Assembly: GCA_015661075.1 (NCBI GenBank)
Contig: JACVQJ010000003.1
Span: forward strand, 28,623 to 92,622
DNA: 64,000 nucleotides
DNA from: Parachlamydiales bacterium
Lineage (GTDB): Bacteria > Chlamydiota > Chlamydiia > Chlamydiales > SM23-39
Reading direction: 5' to 3'
Shown here: one piece after another, positions 28,747 through 37,251 of the stretch
How the letters are laid out: every line of letters begins with the position of its first letter
Position numbering within the stretch: the stretch's first letter is position 1
Notes under the pieces: generated by a model
The model's input: only the letters and a program-made list of their open reading frames with translations
Told to the model about the DNA's origin: nothing
Database searches by the model: none
Position numbers and translations under genes: made by a program

Positions 28747-29180
28747 AAATCATCGTCCGGTACTTGTGGTGGAGAGGGGAGTCGGCGTCGAACAGCTTCC
28801 GGAAGCTCGATTGTGAACTCTTTCGCTTCAAGAATTTTAGGATTTCTTATCCTCTGCGCATTGCATTTTATCCATGCAAAAGCCTCTGTTACACAAGGGA
28901 ATTCCCTGTAAGACATGGATTGAGGTAAAAGAACATAGATATTCGGGGTATTATATCCTACGAAGCATAGGCCTGTAGCTGGGCGATCGCTTGAAAACTT
29001 ATTTGTTTCAAAAATCTTGTAAGTATTTATATTCCGTTCGTTCAGTCTTATCCATATAAAAGCCTCTTCTACGCGAGAGAATTCTTTGTAAGAAACGGAT
29101 GGAGGTGTGTGAATAGACGGAAGCTCGCCAATAGAACCGTGTCTGGTACTTAGGCTGTATTCAACAAGGAAAGCGGACAC
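28743..29180 (-). CDS. small hypothetical protein built from an internal tandem duplication
   Basis: 145 aa. ..PPSVSYKEFSRVEEAFIWIRLNERNINTYKIFETNKFS.. repeats as ..LPQSMSYREFPCVTEAFAWIKCNAQRIRNPKILEAKEFT... The DNA segments starting at 28861 and 29041 align with a 180-nt period. Confidence 0.55.
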   Translation of the reverse strand: MSAFLVEYSLSTRHGSIGELPSIHTPPSVSYKEFSRVEEAFIWIRLNERNINTYKIFETNKFSSDRPATGLCFVGYNTPNIYVLLPQSMSYREFPCVTEAFAWIKCNAQRIRNPKILEAKEFTIELPEAVRRRLPSPPQVPDDDF

Positions 29181-29184
29181 TTTA

Positions 29185-29565
29185 TTAACCTTTTTGTAAA
29201 CCGATCCAAATCGCTACGGCTGTAGCGTATTGCTCTGTATGGCTGATTGAAACGAGCAACGTGGGATCCTGAAATTCTTTTTTCAGAGGATCAGAAAGAT
29301 AGACGACGGGCTTGCCGTACTCGTCATTGAGAACCTCGATGTCGTGCCACTGGACTTTGGCTCCAAACCCGGTACCAAAAGCTTTGACGATGGCTTCTTT
29401 CGCCGCGAAGCGTCCGGCGAAATGGGGCATCGAGTCTTTGAACTTATTGCAGTAATCTTGTTCTTTCTTGGTAAAAATCCGGTTCAAAAAAGGCTGCCCC
29501 TGCCGTTCAATGCTTTGGCGCAATCTGGCCACTTCCAGAATGTCGTTTCCGATCCCTTGAATCAT
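29185..29565 (-). CDS. acpS: holo-ACP synthase
   Basis: 126 aa. N-terminal MIQGIGNDI.. motif and ..FAAKEA.. block. Confidence 0.9.
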   Translation of the reverse strand: MIQGIGNDILEVARLRQSIERQGQPFLNRIFTKKEQDYCNKFKDSMPHFAGRFAAKEAIVKAFGTGFGAKVQWHDIEVLNDEYGKPVVYLSDPLKKEFQDPTLLVSISHTEQYATAVAIWIGLQKG

Positions 29566-29571
29566 TTTTTT

Positions 29572-30645
29572 TTATGGCTGTTCGTCGTTATCGTCGTGCG
29601 GATGGTAATCCCCTTCTTCATCCATGGCGTTGCAGAAAATCATGCGGCCCGAAGAGGTGTGTTTAACCGACAAAACCAATGCATCGATAGTATCCCCGAT
29701 GAAAGCGCCGCCGCCGTTCACGACGACCATCGTGCCGTCTTCGAGATATCCGACTCCCTGGCGCGGCTCTTTGCCAAAGCGCTGGATTTTGATCTTGATC
29801 CTCTCGCCGGCTTGCATTAATGGCTTCAAGGCGTTCGAAAGAGCGTGAATATTGATAATGCGCACACCTTCAATCGCAGAGATCTGGACGCGGCTGATGT
29901 CCGCCGTTAAAATATTTCCATCGAGGAGGCGCGCAAGTCTGAGCAGTTTGCTCATAAAATCTTTGACTTCAGGAAAGTCGGTGTCGTTATAGCGCATTTC
30001 CAGACCGGGGAGTTGTTCGAGTTTTTTCACAACTTCCAGAGCGCGTTTGGCTTTGTTGCGCAACATTTCATCGCTGGCCTCTGACTGGGCATAAAGATCT
30101 TTCAAGAGAAAACGGGGTAAAACCAGATGGTGATCGATCATCCCGGAAGATGCCAAATCGATGATGCGGGCATCCGCTAAAACGGAAGAATCGATGATCA
30201 GATCTTTCTTTTTCTGAGCGGTCGGAGTGAATTTGACGAACGGAATGGACACATAAAGCTCATCGGACGCCCGCAGCGTCATGATTGTGCCGAGATAAGT
30301 GCCGAAGAGAAACAGACAGATTTTGACGATTTCCAGAATTTGGCTATTTAAATGAATGCTGGCGGCGGAGATGTCGAGTACTGCCCGAAAGATCAATACC
30401 AGCGCTTCGCCCATGAAGAAGCCGATGAACAATCCGATGATGGCGATGTTGAACGAGCGCAGGTTGAACCGTTTGAAGAGAAGATCAAAGCCGATGAGCA
30501 AGAAACCGAGAAGCGATCCGAGTCCGACGCCCATGAGTAAGTTGGGGAAGGTGTAGCCGGAATCGCCGGAGATCATGTAGGTAGTAATAAAAAAAATGCA
30601 CAGTATGAAAAAGAATAACCTGGTGAAGGCCAATGCGATGTTCAT
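29572..30645 (-). CDS. membrane-anchored PIN + TRAM domain protein (YacL-like)
   Basis: Start moved to MNIALAFTRLFFF (30645). Four N-terminal TM helices, a PIN-like core (..LIIDSSVLADARIIDL..) and a C-terminal TRAM-like barrel (..GVGYLEDGTMVVVNGG..). Confidence 0.75.
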   Translation of the reverse strand: MNIALAFTRLFFFILCIFFITTYMISGDSGYTFPNLLMGVGLGSLLGFLLIGFDLLFKRFNLRSFNIAIIGLFIGFFMGEALVLIFRAVLDISAASIHLNSQILEIVKICLFLFGTYLGTIMTLRASDELYVSIPFVKFTPTAQKKKDLIIDSSVLADARIIDLASSGMIDHHLVLPRFLLKDLYAQSEASDEMLRNKAKRALEVVKKLEQLPGLEMRYNDTDFPEVKDFMSKLLRLARLLDGNILTADISRVQISAIEGVRIINIHALSNALKPLMQAGERIKIKIQRFGKEPRQGVGYLEDGTMVVVNGGGAFIGDTIDALVLSVKHTSSGRMIFCNAMDEEGDYHPHDDNDEQP

Positions 30646-30868
30646 ATTTTTTTTTCCTGTATTTGGGTCTTCATCCCATCGAGAAGGCTTTTTTTGTGAA
30701 AAAGCGCTCTTCAAGGATAGTTTACTTAAATCTGGGTAGTTTGTCCTTATTTAGGTTAGCAAAATGCTCTGATGAAATAAATCATCTTGTACATCTGTCC
30801 AGCCATAAAAAATTGAATTGTAGTTTGCTCGGCGTTTTTTTGTCGACCATACAAAGAAAAAAAAATCC

Positions 30869-31291
30869 TCACTTGTGATATGGAGATTTTTTAGAGATCT
30901 CCAGGGAGCGGTAGATCTGTTCGATTAGCACAAGTCGGGTCAATTGATGGGTAAAAGTTAGTGGGGAAAGACTCCATTTTAAGTATGCCTTTTGCAGCAG
31001 ATCTGTTGGAAAGCCGTTGGGGCCTCCAATCGCGAACGTAATTCGGCTGCCGGTTTTTTCAATGGCCTGAAGCAGGTGTTGACTGAATGCGATGCTATCA
31101 TAAGAAATGCCTGCCGGATCAAGCGCGATAAAAGTTTCATTTCGAAGCAAAAGAGGAAGCTGACTGTCATCGTCCGCCTGAATCCAGCTCATCTGTAAAA
31201 GGGGCGAAAGTCGCTTTTCGTATTCTGCGATTGCGATCCTGAGCCACTCTTCTTTGCATTTTCCGACCGCGATCACTTTGACTTTAAACAT
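30869..31291 (-). CDS. rlmH: 23S rRNA (pseudouridine1915-N3)-methyltransferase, SPOUT family
   Basis: 140 aa. MFKVKVIAVGKCKEEWLRIAIAEYEKRL.. and the C-terminal ..LSLSPLTFTHQLTRLVLIEQIYR.. are typical of RlmH. Confidence 0.85.
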   Translation of the reverse strand: MFKVKVIAVGKCKEEWLRIAIAEYEKRLSPLLQMSWIQADDDSQLPLLLRNETFIALDPAGISYDSIAFSQHLLQAIEKTGSRITFAIGGPNGFPTDLLQKAYLKWSLSPLTFTHQLTRLVLIEQIYRSLEISKKSPYHK

Positions 31292-31317
31292 GTTTTTGCC
31301 ATCCTAGGAGAGTAAAA

Positions 31318-31497
31318 CTCGACTTTGTACATTTTTAGGGCCGCCTGTCTCGCCTATTTGCCCCCTGACGTTCGACCTACGGTCGAACTAGGCGTTAATT
31401 TAAGAAGGAAGGGGATAGTAACCCCTTCCTTCTTAAATTAACGCCTCAGAGGGCAAATATTTCGAGGCCTTCGGCCCTAAAAATGTACAAAGTCGAG
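31318..31497 (+). mobile_element. family A MITE-like element, copy 2 (180 bp)
   Basis: Same architecture as copy 1. Lies 26 nt from the rlmH start and 15 nt from the lgt start. Flanking 5-mers taaaa / taaag match at 4 of 5 positions. Confidence 0.9.
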
Positions 31498-31512
31498 TAA
31501 AGGGTAAACGCA

Positions 31513-32409
31513 ATGATATTGTCTCAAATTCCCCATCATTTCACGTCAATAGCTGTATTTCATTGGGATCCAGATCCAGACCTTTTCATTATCCCTGGTC
31601 TGAACTGGCCCATCAAGTGGTATGGTCTTCTTTTCGCGCTGGGTTTTGCTGTCGGCTTTACCATTTTTCAAGCCATTGTCTATCGCTATCTTTTACAAGT
31701 GTCTGATTGTGAAAATCAGCGTTTAAAGGAAATGGCACTCAAAATGACCGATCGCATCACTCTTTATGCCGTTGTTGGAACCGTCATAGGAGCGCGATTG
31801 GGCCATTTTATCTTTTATGAAAATCCTTCCCTCTATATTACCCATCCTCTGGAAATATTGCGAGTATGGAATGGAGGATTGGCCAGTCATGGGGCAGCGA
31901 TTGGCATCATTGCTGCAATTGTTTTATTTTCCCGTTACTCAAAAACGATTGAACCCGGATTAACCTGGATTCGATTGTTGGATTTTATTTGTGTTCCGAC
32001 CGCTTTGGCCGGCGCGTTGATCCGCTGGGGCAATTTTATCAATCAAGAGATTCTAGGTACGAAGAGTGCGCTTCCATGGGCCGTTGTTTTCGGCCATCCG
32101 GCCGATCACAGCTTCCCTGCCCCTCGCCATCCCGTTCAGCTCTATGAATCTTTTTTTTATCTGATCGTCTTTTTGATACTCTGGCATCTGAGCTATCGGC
32201 GGAAATATCTGCTAAGACAAGGATGGCTGATCGGTCTGTTTTTGATCCTTGTTTTCGGATATCGCTTTTTCATCGAGTATTTCAAGATTGAACAGAGCCA
32301 TCTTGTATCCGCAGCCCATCAGCTGACGATGGGACAGTGGCTTAGCATCCCGCTGGTCATCATGGGAGCTTTGTTGATGTTTTTTTCAAAGCGATCGGCC
32401 AAGAGTTAA
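31513..32409 (+). CDS. lgt: prolipoprotein diacylglyceryl transferase
   Basis: Polytopic, 298 aa, with Lgt blocks (..GGLASHGAAIG.., ..RHPVQLYES..). Confidence 0.9.
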   Translation: MILSQIPHHFTSIAVFHWDPDPDLFIIPGLNWPIKWYGLLFALGFAVGFTIFQAIVYRYLLQVSDCENQRLKEMALKMTDRITLYAVVGTVIGARLGHFIFYENPSLYITHPLEILRVWNGGLASHGAAIGIIAAIVLFSRYSKTIEPGLTWIRLLDFICVPTALAGALIRWGNFINQEILGTKSALPWAVVFGHPADHSFPAPRHPVQLYESFFYLIVFLILWHLSYRRKYLLRQGWLIGLFLILVFGYRFFIEYFKIEQSHLVSAAHQLTMGQWLSIPLVIMGALLMFFSKRSAKS

Positions 32410-32804
32410 TGATTCTTGGGTCGATAAGCGATGCAAGAGATTTCTATGGGCGAGTCTAGCGGCAGTTTGGCCACCTGGATCGTTTGCCTGGCTGGCGGCG
32501 GCGAATGGTTAAAACGCTCGCCATAGGTCCGATTGAATGCCGGGAATTGGGCCAGGTCTTTTAAAAATACATCTGTTTTTACGACATGCTCCAATGTCAA
32601 ATGGGCGGAGGCCAAAATCGCTTCCAGATGATCGATGACTTTGTGGGTCATCGCTTCGATATCTCCGCTGATGAGCTGGTCAGTTTTGGGATCGATCGGC
32701 AGCTGCCCGGAAACAAAGACATATTCACCTGCTTTGATTCCCTGGGAATAAGGCCCGATCGCTTTCGGAGCATGCTCGCTATAAATTTTTTCGGTTTTTC
32801 GCAT
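32406..32804 (-). CDS. ridA: RidA/YjgF-family reactive-intermediate deaminase
   Basis: 132 aa. ..APKAIGPYSQGIKAGEYVFVSGQLPIDP.. and ..PARQTIQVAKLPLDSPIEI.. are classic YjgF blocks. Confidence 0.9.
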   Translation of the reverse strand: MRKTEKIYSEHAPKAIGPYSQGIKAGEYVFVSGQLPIDPKTDQLISGDIEAMTHKVIDHLEAILASAHLTLEHVVKTDVFLKDLAQFPAFNRTYGERFNHSPPPARQTIQVAKLPLDSPIEISCIAYRPKNH

Positions 32805-32854
32805 AGTTACCTTTAAAAAATTAAATTATGTCTTTTGGTGTGGATTTCCTCAAG

Positions 32855-33023
32855 GAGCCATTCCCGATGTGAATTCTTCGGGGAGATTCGGGATATTTTC
32901 GAACGAGTTTACCCCATTTTCCGAAGTCCAATATCTCATTGAGTTATATGGACTTTGGAAAATGGGCGTAAAATCGTCGAAAAGATTCCGAATATCGTCG
33001 AAGAGGCACATCGGGAATGGCTC
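32855..33023 (+). mobile_element. family B MITE-like element, copy 2 (169 bp)
   Basis: Same termini as copy 1, in opposite orientation. Flanked by the perfect 5-bp direct repeat tcaag (32850-32854 and 33024-33028). Confidence 0.9.
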
Positions 33024-33094
33024 TCAAGAGTTTGCTTGACCCGATAACGGGGGGCAGAGGATAATGGGCGCATAAGAATTGATAGGGGGATGGT

Positions 33095-33565
33095 ATGAAT
33101 TTTCTTACGATTGCGGGCCATTTAGGCGCTGATCCGGAAGTGCGGTTTATTTCATCGGGCAAAAAAGTGACGACCATGCGCGTCGCTACGAATACGCGCC
33201 GCAATGGCGCCGACGACACGATCTGGTGGCGAGTGACGATCTGGGGCGAGCAATTCGATAAAATGATTGCTTTTTTCAAAAAAGGCAGTGCGATCGTGGT
33301 ATTTGGAGAACTCCAAAAACCGGAAATTTTTACCGGCCGCGATGGCAAGCCGCAAATCTCTATGAATATTACGGCGTCGAGCATTCAATTCAGCCCATTC
33401 GGAAAACCTGATCGCCAGGGTCAAGGCCAAGAGGGGGCTAGTTCAGCGCCCGGAGCCGCTCCGTTTGGTGCGACGGGCGATAATGTAAACAATCCCTACG
33501 TGCCGCCCATTCAGTCGGGCAAGGCGCCGATTGGTGAGACGGTTGATGATGAAGTCCCATTTTAA
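33095..33565 (+). CDS. ssb: single-stranded DNA-binding protein
   Basis: OB-fold N-terminus (MNFLTIAGHLGADPEVRF..), a Gly/Pro/Gln-rich linker and the acidic tip ..DDEVPF. Confidence 0.95.
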   Translation: MNFLTIAGHLGADPEVRFISSGKKVTTMRVATNTRRNGADDTIWWRVTIWGEQFDKMIAFFKKGSAIVVFGELQKPEIFTGRDGKPQISMNITASSIQFSPFGKPDRQGQGQEGASSAPGAAPFGATGDNVNNPYVPPIQSGKAPIGETVDDEVPF

Positions 33566-33578
33566 TTGAGATCGACCC

Positions 33579-35048
33579 ATGCTGAAAATCGTTTGCCAGA
33601 AAGCGTTTGAGAAACGCGAGCTGTTCGAGTTAATGGTCTTGCCGTATTGGGAAGGTCCCGGAGAAGCGGCGGATCTTTCGATGTGGAAAGAAATCGCGGT
33701 TCAACCTCTCGCGAGCGGCGATTTCAATGGGAAAGCAGGCGATACTCTTCTTCTCTATAGCCAGGGCCGCCTTTTGTTTCTGGGTCTTGGCAAAAAGGAT
33801 GCCGTGAATGGCGAGTCTTTGCGGCGCGCCTATTCGGCGGCGGTCCGGCTGGCCCAGACGAAAAAAGTTAAAACGATTCACCTCGTTGTCCCAAAAATAC
33901 CCAAGATGGCTGATGAAGATGTCTTGCGGGGCATCTCTGAGGGAATTTTGCTGACGAATTATTCTTTTTCGCAATTGAAGTACGACTCATTGAAGGAAAA
34001 TCCTGTCTGTTTGCTTGAAAAGGCTTATTTCATCGGGTTGGAGATGAAGCATGAGGCCTTGATTCAAAAATTGACACAGATCGCAGCGGGCGTCTATCTG
34101 ACGCGCGAGCTCGTCAATGGCAATGCCGATGATGTGACGCCGAAAATGCTGGCTGAAACGGCCCTTTCATTAGAAAAGCGAACGCCAGGTCTCAAAGCGA
34201 CGATTTTGGATAAAAAACAGATCGAAAAAGAAAAGATGGGACTGCTCTTGGCCGTTAATCGCGGCTCATCAATGGACCCCTATCTCATTAATTTATCCTA
34301 TCAGGGTAATCCTAAATCCAAAGAGCACATCGTGCTCGTTGGCAAGGGGATCACTTACGATACCGGCGGCCTGGCGCTGAAGCCGGCAGATGGCATGGCG
34401 ACCATGAAGTGCGATATGGCCGGGGCAGCTACTGTACTTGCGGTTGTTCATACCGCCGCCGCTTTGCAGTTGAAAGTCAATGTGACGGCCGTCGCTCCGG
34501 TGACGGAAAATGCGATTGACGCCAATAGCTACAAAAACGGCGATGTCTATCGCTCCATGAGCGGCAAAACCATCGAAGTCAATAATACGGATGCTGAGGG
34601 ACGGCTGGTTCTGGCCGATGCGATGACCTATGCGATCAAACATTGGCAACCGACGAAAATGATCGATGTGGCGACCCTGACGGGAGGGATTATTATTGCC
34701 CTGGGCGAGGAGATCGCTGGCGTTTTTGCCAATGACGATCAATTGGCGAAAGACTTGGCTATTTCTTCGGAAGCTACGGGAGAAAATGTTTGGCGCATGC
34801 CACTGCATGCCGATTATAAGGAAATGCTCAAATCCGAAACGGCGGATCTCTTGAATTCAGCGGGTAAATCGGCATCTTCGATGACGGCAGCCCTCTTTTT
34901 GCAGGAATTTGTCGGATCGGTACATTGGGCGCATATCGATTTCGCCGGAAGCAGCTATCTATCCAAGCCTAAATATTACAATACTTCGAAGGCGACCGGC
35001 TTCGGCGTGCGCCTGCTCATTGATTTTCTCGAGCGCCACGCTACATGA
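33579..35048 (+). CDS. pepA: leucyl aminopeptidase (M17)
   Basis: ..VGKGITYDTGG.., ..MKCDMAGAA.., ..NTDAEGRLVLADA... Confidence 0.93.
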   Translation: MLKIVCQKAFEKRELFELMVLPYWEGPGEAADLSMWKEIAVQPLASGDFNGKAGDTLLLYSQGRLLFLGLGKKDAVNGESLRRAYSAAVRLAQTKKVKTIHLVVPKIPKMADEDVLRGISEGILLTNYSFSQLKYDSLKENPVCLLEKAYFIGLEMKHEALIQKLTQIAAGVYLTRELVNGNADDVTPKMLAETALSLEKRTPGLKATILDKKQIEKEKMGLLLAVNRGSSMDPYLINLSYQGNPKSKEHIVLVGKGITYDTGGLALKPADGMATMKCDMAGAATVLAVVHTAAALQLKVNVTAVAPVTENAIDANSYKNGDVYRSMSGKTIEVNNTDAEGRLVLADAMTYAIKHWQPTKMIDVATLTGGIIIALGEEIAGVFANDDQLAKDLAISSEATGENVWRMPLHADYKEMLKSETADLLNSAGKSASSMTAALFLQEFVGSVHWAHIDFAGSSYLSKPKYYNTSKATGFGVRLLIDFLERHAT

Positions 35049-35923
35049 CTCTTCGATGGCGCCAATCTCATTCGGCTCGGTTGATCGAAGCATTAAAGAT
35101 GCGCGTCGATCCCTCTTTTTCTGCCCGATTTATCAAACGCGCTCTGGAAGCCAATGTTTGCCGGGTGAATGGCCGTATCGAGCGATTCGCATCGGCTGCT
35201 CTATCTGCCGGCGATATCATTGAATTGAAAGATCGTTGGGAGAGTTTTGACGAAAAGAGCTCTGATGAGGTTTCGATCCTGTATGAAGATCGTGAGCTCT
35301 TGATCATCAATAAAGCCCCGCTTTCCGTATGTACTGACAGCTATTTCTCTCAAAAGCTTCAAAAAACCGTTTGGCTGGCTCACCGTCTCGATAAGGACAC
35401 AACAGGGGTCTTGTTGTTTGGGAAAGATCCTGGCGTTGCTGTTGAGCTTCAGGAGTGTTTTAAACAACGCCTTGTCCAGAAGGAATATTTAGCGATCGTT
35501 GACAGAGCAGTGGAAAAAAAAGAGGGAGTTATCGAAACCCGGCTGGCGAAAAAAGGATCATACCAGGGACAGACAATCTGGGGATCGTGTGCGGGGCAGG
35601 GGCTTTATGCCAAAACCGCATGGCATTGCGTGTCTGTTTCGCGCAATGCGTCATTGTTATTATGCCGTCCCGAAACAGGGCGCACCCATCAAATCCGGGT
35701 GCATCTGGCAGAAATGGGGCATCCGATCATTTTTGATCGCCAATATTCCTCTCATTTTCAATCGAAAATATATGCCGCACGCCCTATGTTGCACTCTTTG
35801 GGCCTGAAATTGCAATGGCGTGGGAGATCGTTAGAGATCAACGCTCCTCTTCCCCAGGACTTCATCGAAGTTCTGAATCAATCCGGTTTGCACTATGAAG
35901 CAGAAAAACGATGCAGTTTTTGA
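35045..35923 (+). CDS. RluA-family pseudouridine synthase with N-terminal S4-like domain
   Basis: Catalytic motif ..HRLDKDTTGVLLF.. and ..GRTHQIRVH... ATGA overlap with pepA. Confidence 0.85.
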   Translation: MTLRWRQSHSARLIEALKMRVDPSFSARFIKRALEANVCRVNGRIERFASAALSAGDIIELKDRWESFDEKSSDEVSILYEDRELLIINKAPLSVCTDSYFSQKLQKTVWLAHRLDKDTTGVLLFGKDPGVAVELQECFKQRLVQKEYLAIVDRAVEKKEGVIETRLAKKGSYQGQTIWGSCAGQGLYAKTAWHCVSVSRNASLLLCRPETGRTHQIRVHLAEMGHPIIFDRQYSSHFQSKIYAARPMLHSLGLKLQWRGRSLEINAPLPQDFIEVLNQSGLHYEAEKRCSF

Positions 35924-36972
35924 TCGTCAAGACATCTTCTCTCGGGGATATCATTCAGGCGTTTGGCGTATTAACTTATTTACATCGAAAGTTTCCCGCG
36001 GCATCCATTGACTGGGTCGTAGACGAGCGGTTCGCATCGATTGTCGCGGCACATCCCTTGGTGAGAAGAGCTATCTCGTTCGATATCAAACAATTTAAAA
36101 GGCGTTTTCGCGATCAAACGTTCCGGCACGGCATTTGTCGTTTTGTTCGTGCGTTGAGAGATCAAAAGTATGATGCGGTTTTCGATTTGCAGGGCAACTG
36201 CAAATCAGGCGCGATTACATTTCTTTCCCGCGGCAGAGAAAAAGTGGGTTTTGGAAGAAAGAGCGTTCGCGAATGGCCAAATATTATGGCTACGCGCACG
36301 CGGTTTGAAATCCCGCGCAGGGTGAATATTCGTTTGCAGTATACGACCCTCATTCAGAAGTTTTACAACGATTCCTCTCCCGCTGTGATGGAGGGGGTCC
36401 GATTCAAGATGAGCCTCGAGGAGCAATATCAGTTAAAAGTGCTGCTATCATCGAGCGAGCTCGGCAATAAATGCCGGGTGATGGTCTGTCCCGGATCGAA
36501 ATGGATCAATAAACAGCTTCCTCTGGAAACGTTGGCTGATTTTATGAAAAAAATTGAGGTGGCTCTGCATTGTTCCTTTCTTCTGGTCTGGGGAGGGGAA
36601 GAGGAAAAACAAATGTGCCATAGTCTTTGGCAGCGCTTTTCGCATTGCAGCGTGGTCGTTGATCGCCTGGAGGTTCCTTTGTGGCAGAACTTGATGTGCG
36701 AGGCGGATCTGGTGATTGCAATGGACTCCAGCGCTCTACATCTTTGCGGCACCACGTCGACGCCATCGTTCAGCATTTTCGGTCCCACTTCACCGGAAAT
36801 TTTTAAACCCCCCGGCACTGCTCACGCGGCCTACCTGGGCTGTTGTCCCTACAATAAGTCATTCGATAAGCAGTGCCCGCTGCTTCGCAGCTGCTCTACC
36901 GGCGCCTGTATCCGCGATATTTCCGCCGATCAGTTGTTCCATCATTTTCTTCAGACCATAAAGTTTAATTAA
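35911..36972 (+). CDS. glycosyltransferase family 9 (LPS heptosyltransferase-like)
   Basis: MQFLIVKTSSLGDIIQA.. N-terminus and ..DLVIAMDSSALHLCG.. are typical of GT9. Confidence 0.8.
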   Translation: MQFLIVKTSSLGDIIQAFGVLTYLHRKFPAASIDWVVDERFASIVAAHPLVRRAISFDIKQFKRRFRDQTFRHGICRFVRALRDQKYDAVFDLQGNCKSGAITFLSRGREKVGFGRKSVREWPNIMATRTRFEIPRRVNIRLQYTTLIQKFYNDSSPAVMEGVRFKMSLEEQYQLKVLLSSSELGNKCRVMVCPGSKWINKQLPLETLADFMKKIEVALHCSFLLVWGGEEEKQMCHSLWQRFSHCSVVVDRLEVPLWQNLMCEADLVIAMDSSALHLCGTTSTPSFSIFGPTSPEIFKPPGTAHAAYLGCCPYNKSFDKQCPLLRSCSTGACIRDISADQLFHHFLQTIKFN

Positions 36973-37111
36973 TTTTAAACATTTAAGTATTTGCGTGTCT
37001 TTTATAAATCTTAAATGTGTGTAAATTTTCATTTCTTTGTTGAAAATTATGGAGTTTTATTGAATAGAAACTATTAAATAATAGGTGGATTTGCACTTGG
37101 CAGAGGTCTTA

Positions 37112-37243
37112 GTGAGAAGTCTCGTGATCATCACATTCTTAATCTTCTGCTTGGCGTCATGTGTGGATCGAGCCAATAAATACAATAAATATAGCGAGCC
37201 TGAAAAAACCACTCTGAAAGAAAAACGTGACAGGCATTGGTAA
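37112..37243 (+). CDS. small putative lipoprotein (43 aa), below the ORF-track cutoff
   Basis: GTG start preceded by agagg. My translation: (M)RSLVIITFLIFCLASCVDRANKYNKYSEPEKTTLKEKRDRHW*. Classic lipobox L-A-S-C. Confidence 0.4.
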   Translation: MRSLVIITFLIFCLASCVDRANKYNKYSEPEKTTLKEKRDRHW

Positions 37244-37251
37244 TAGAAACT

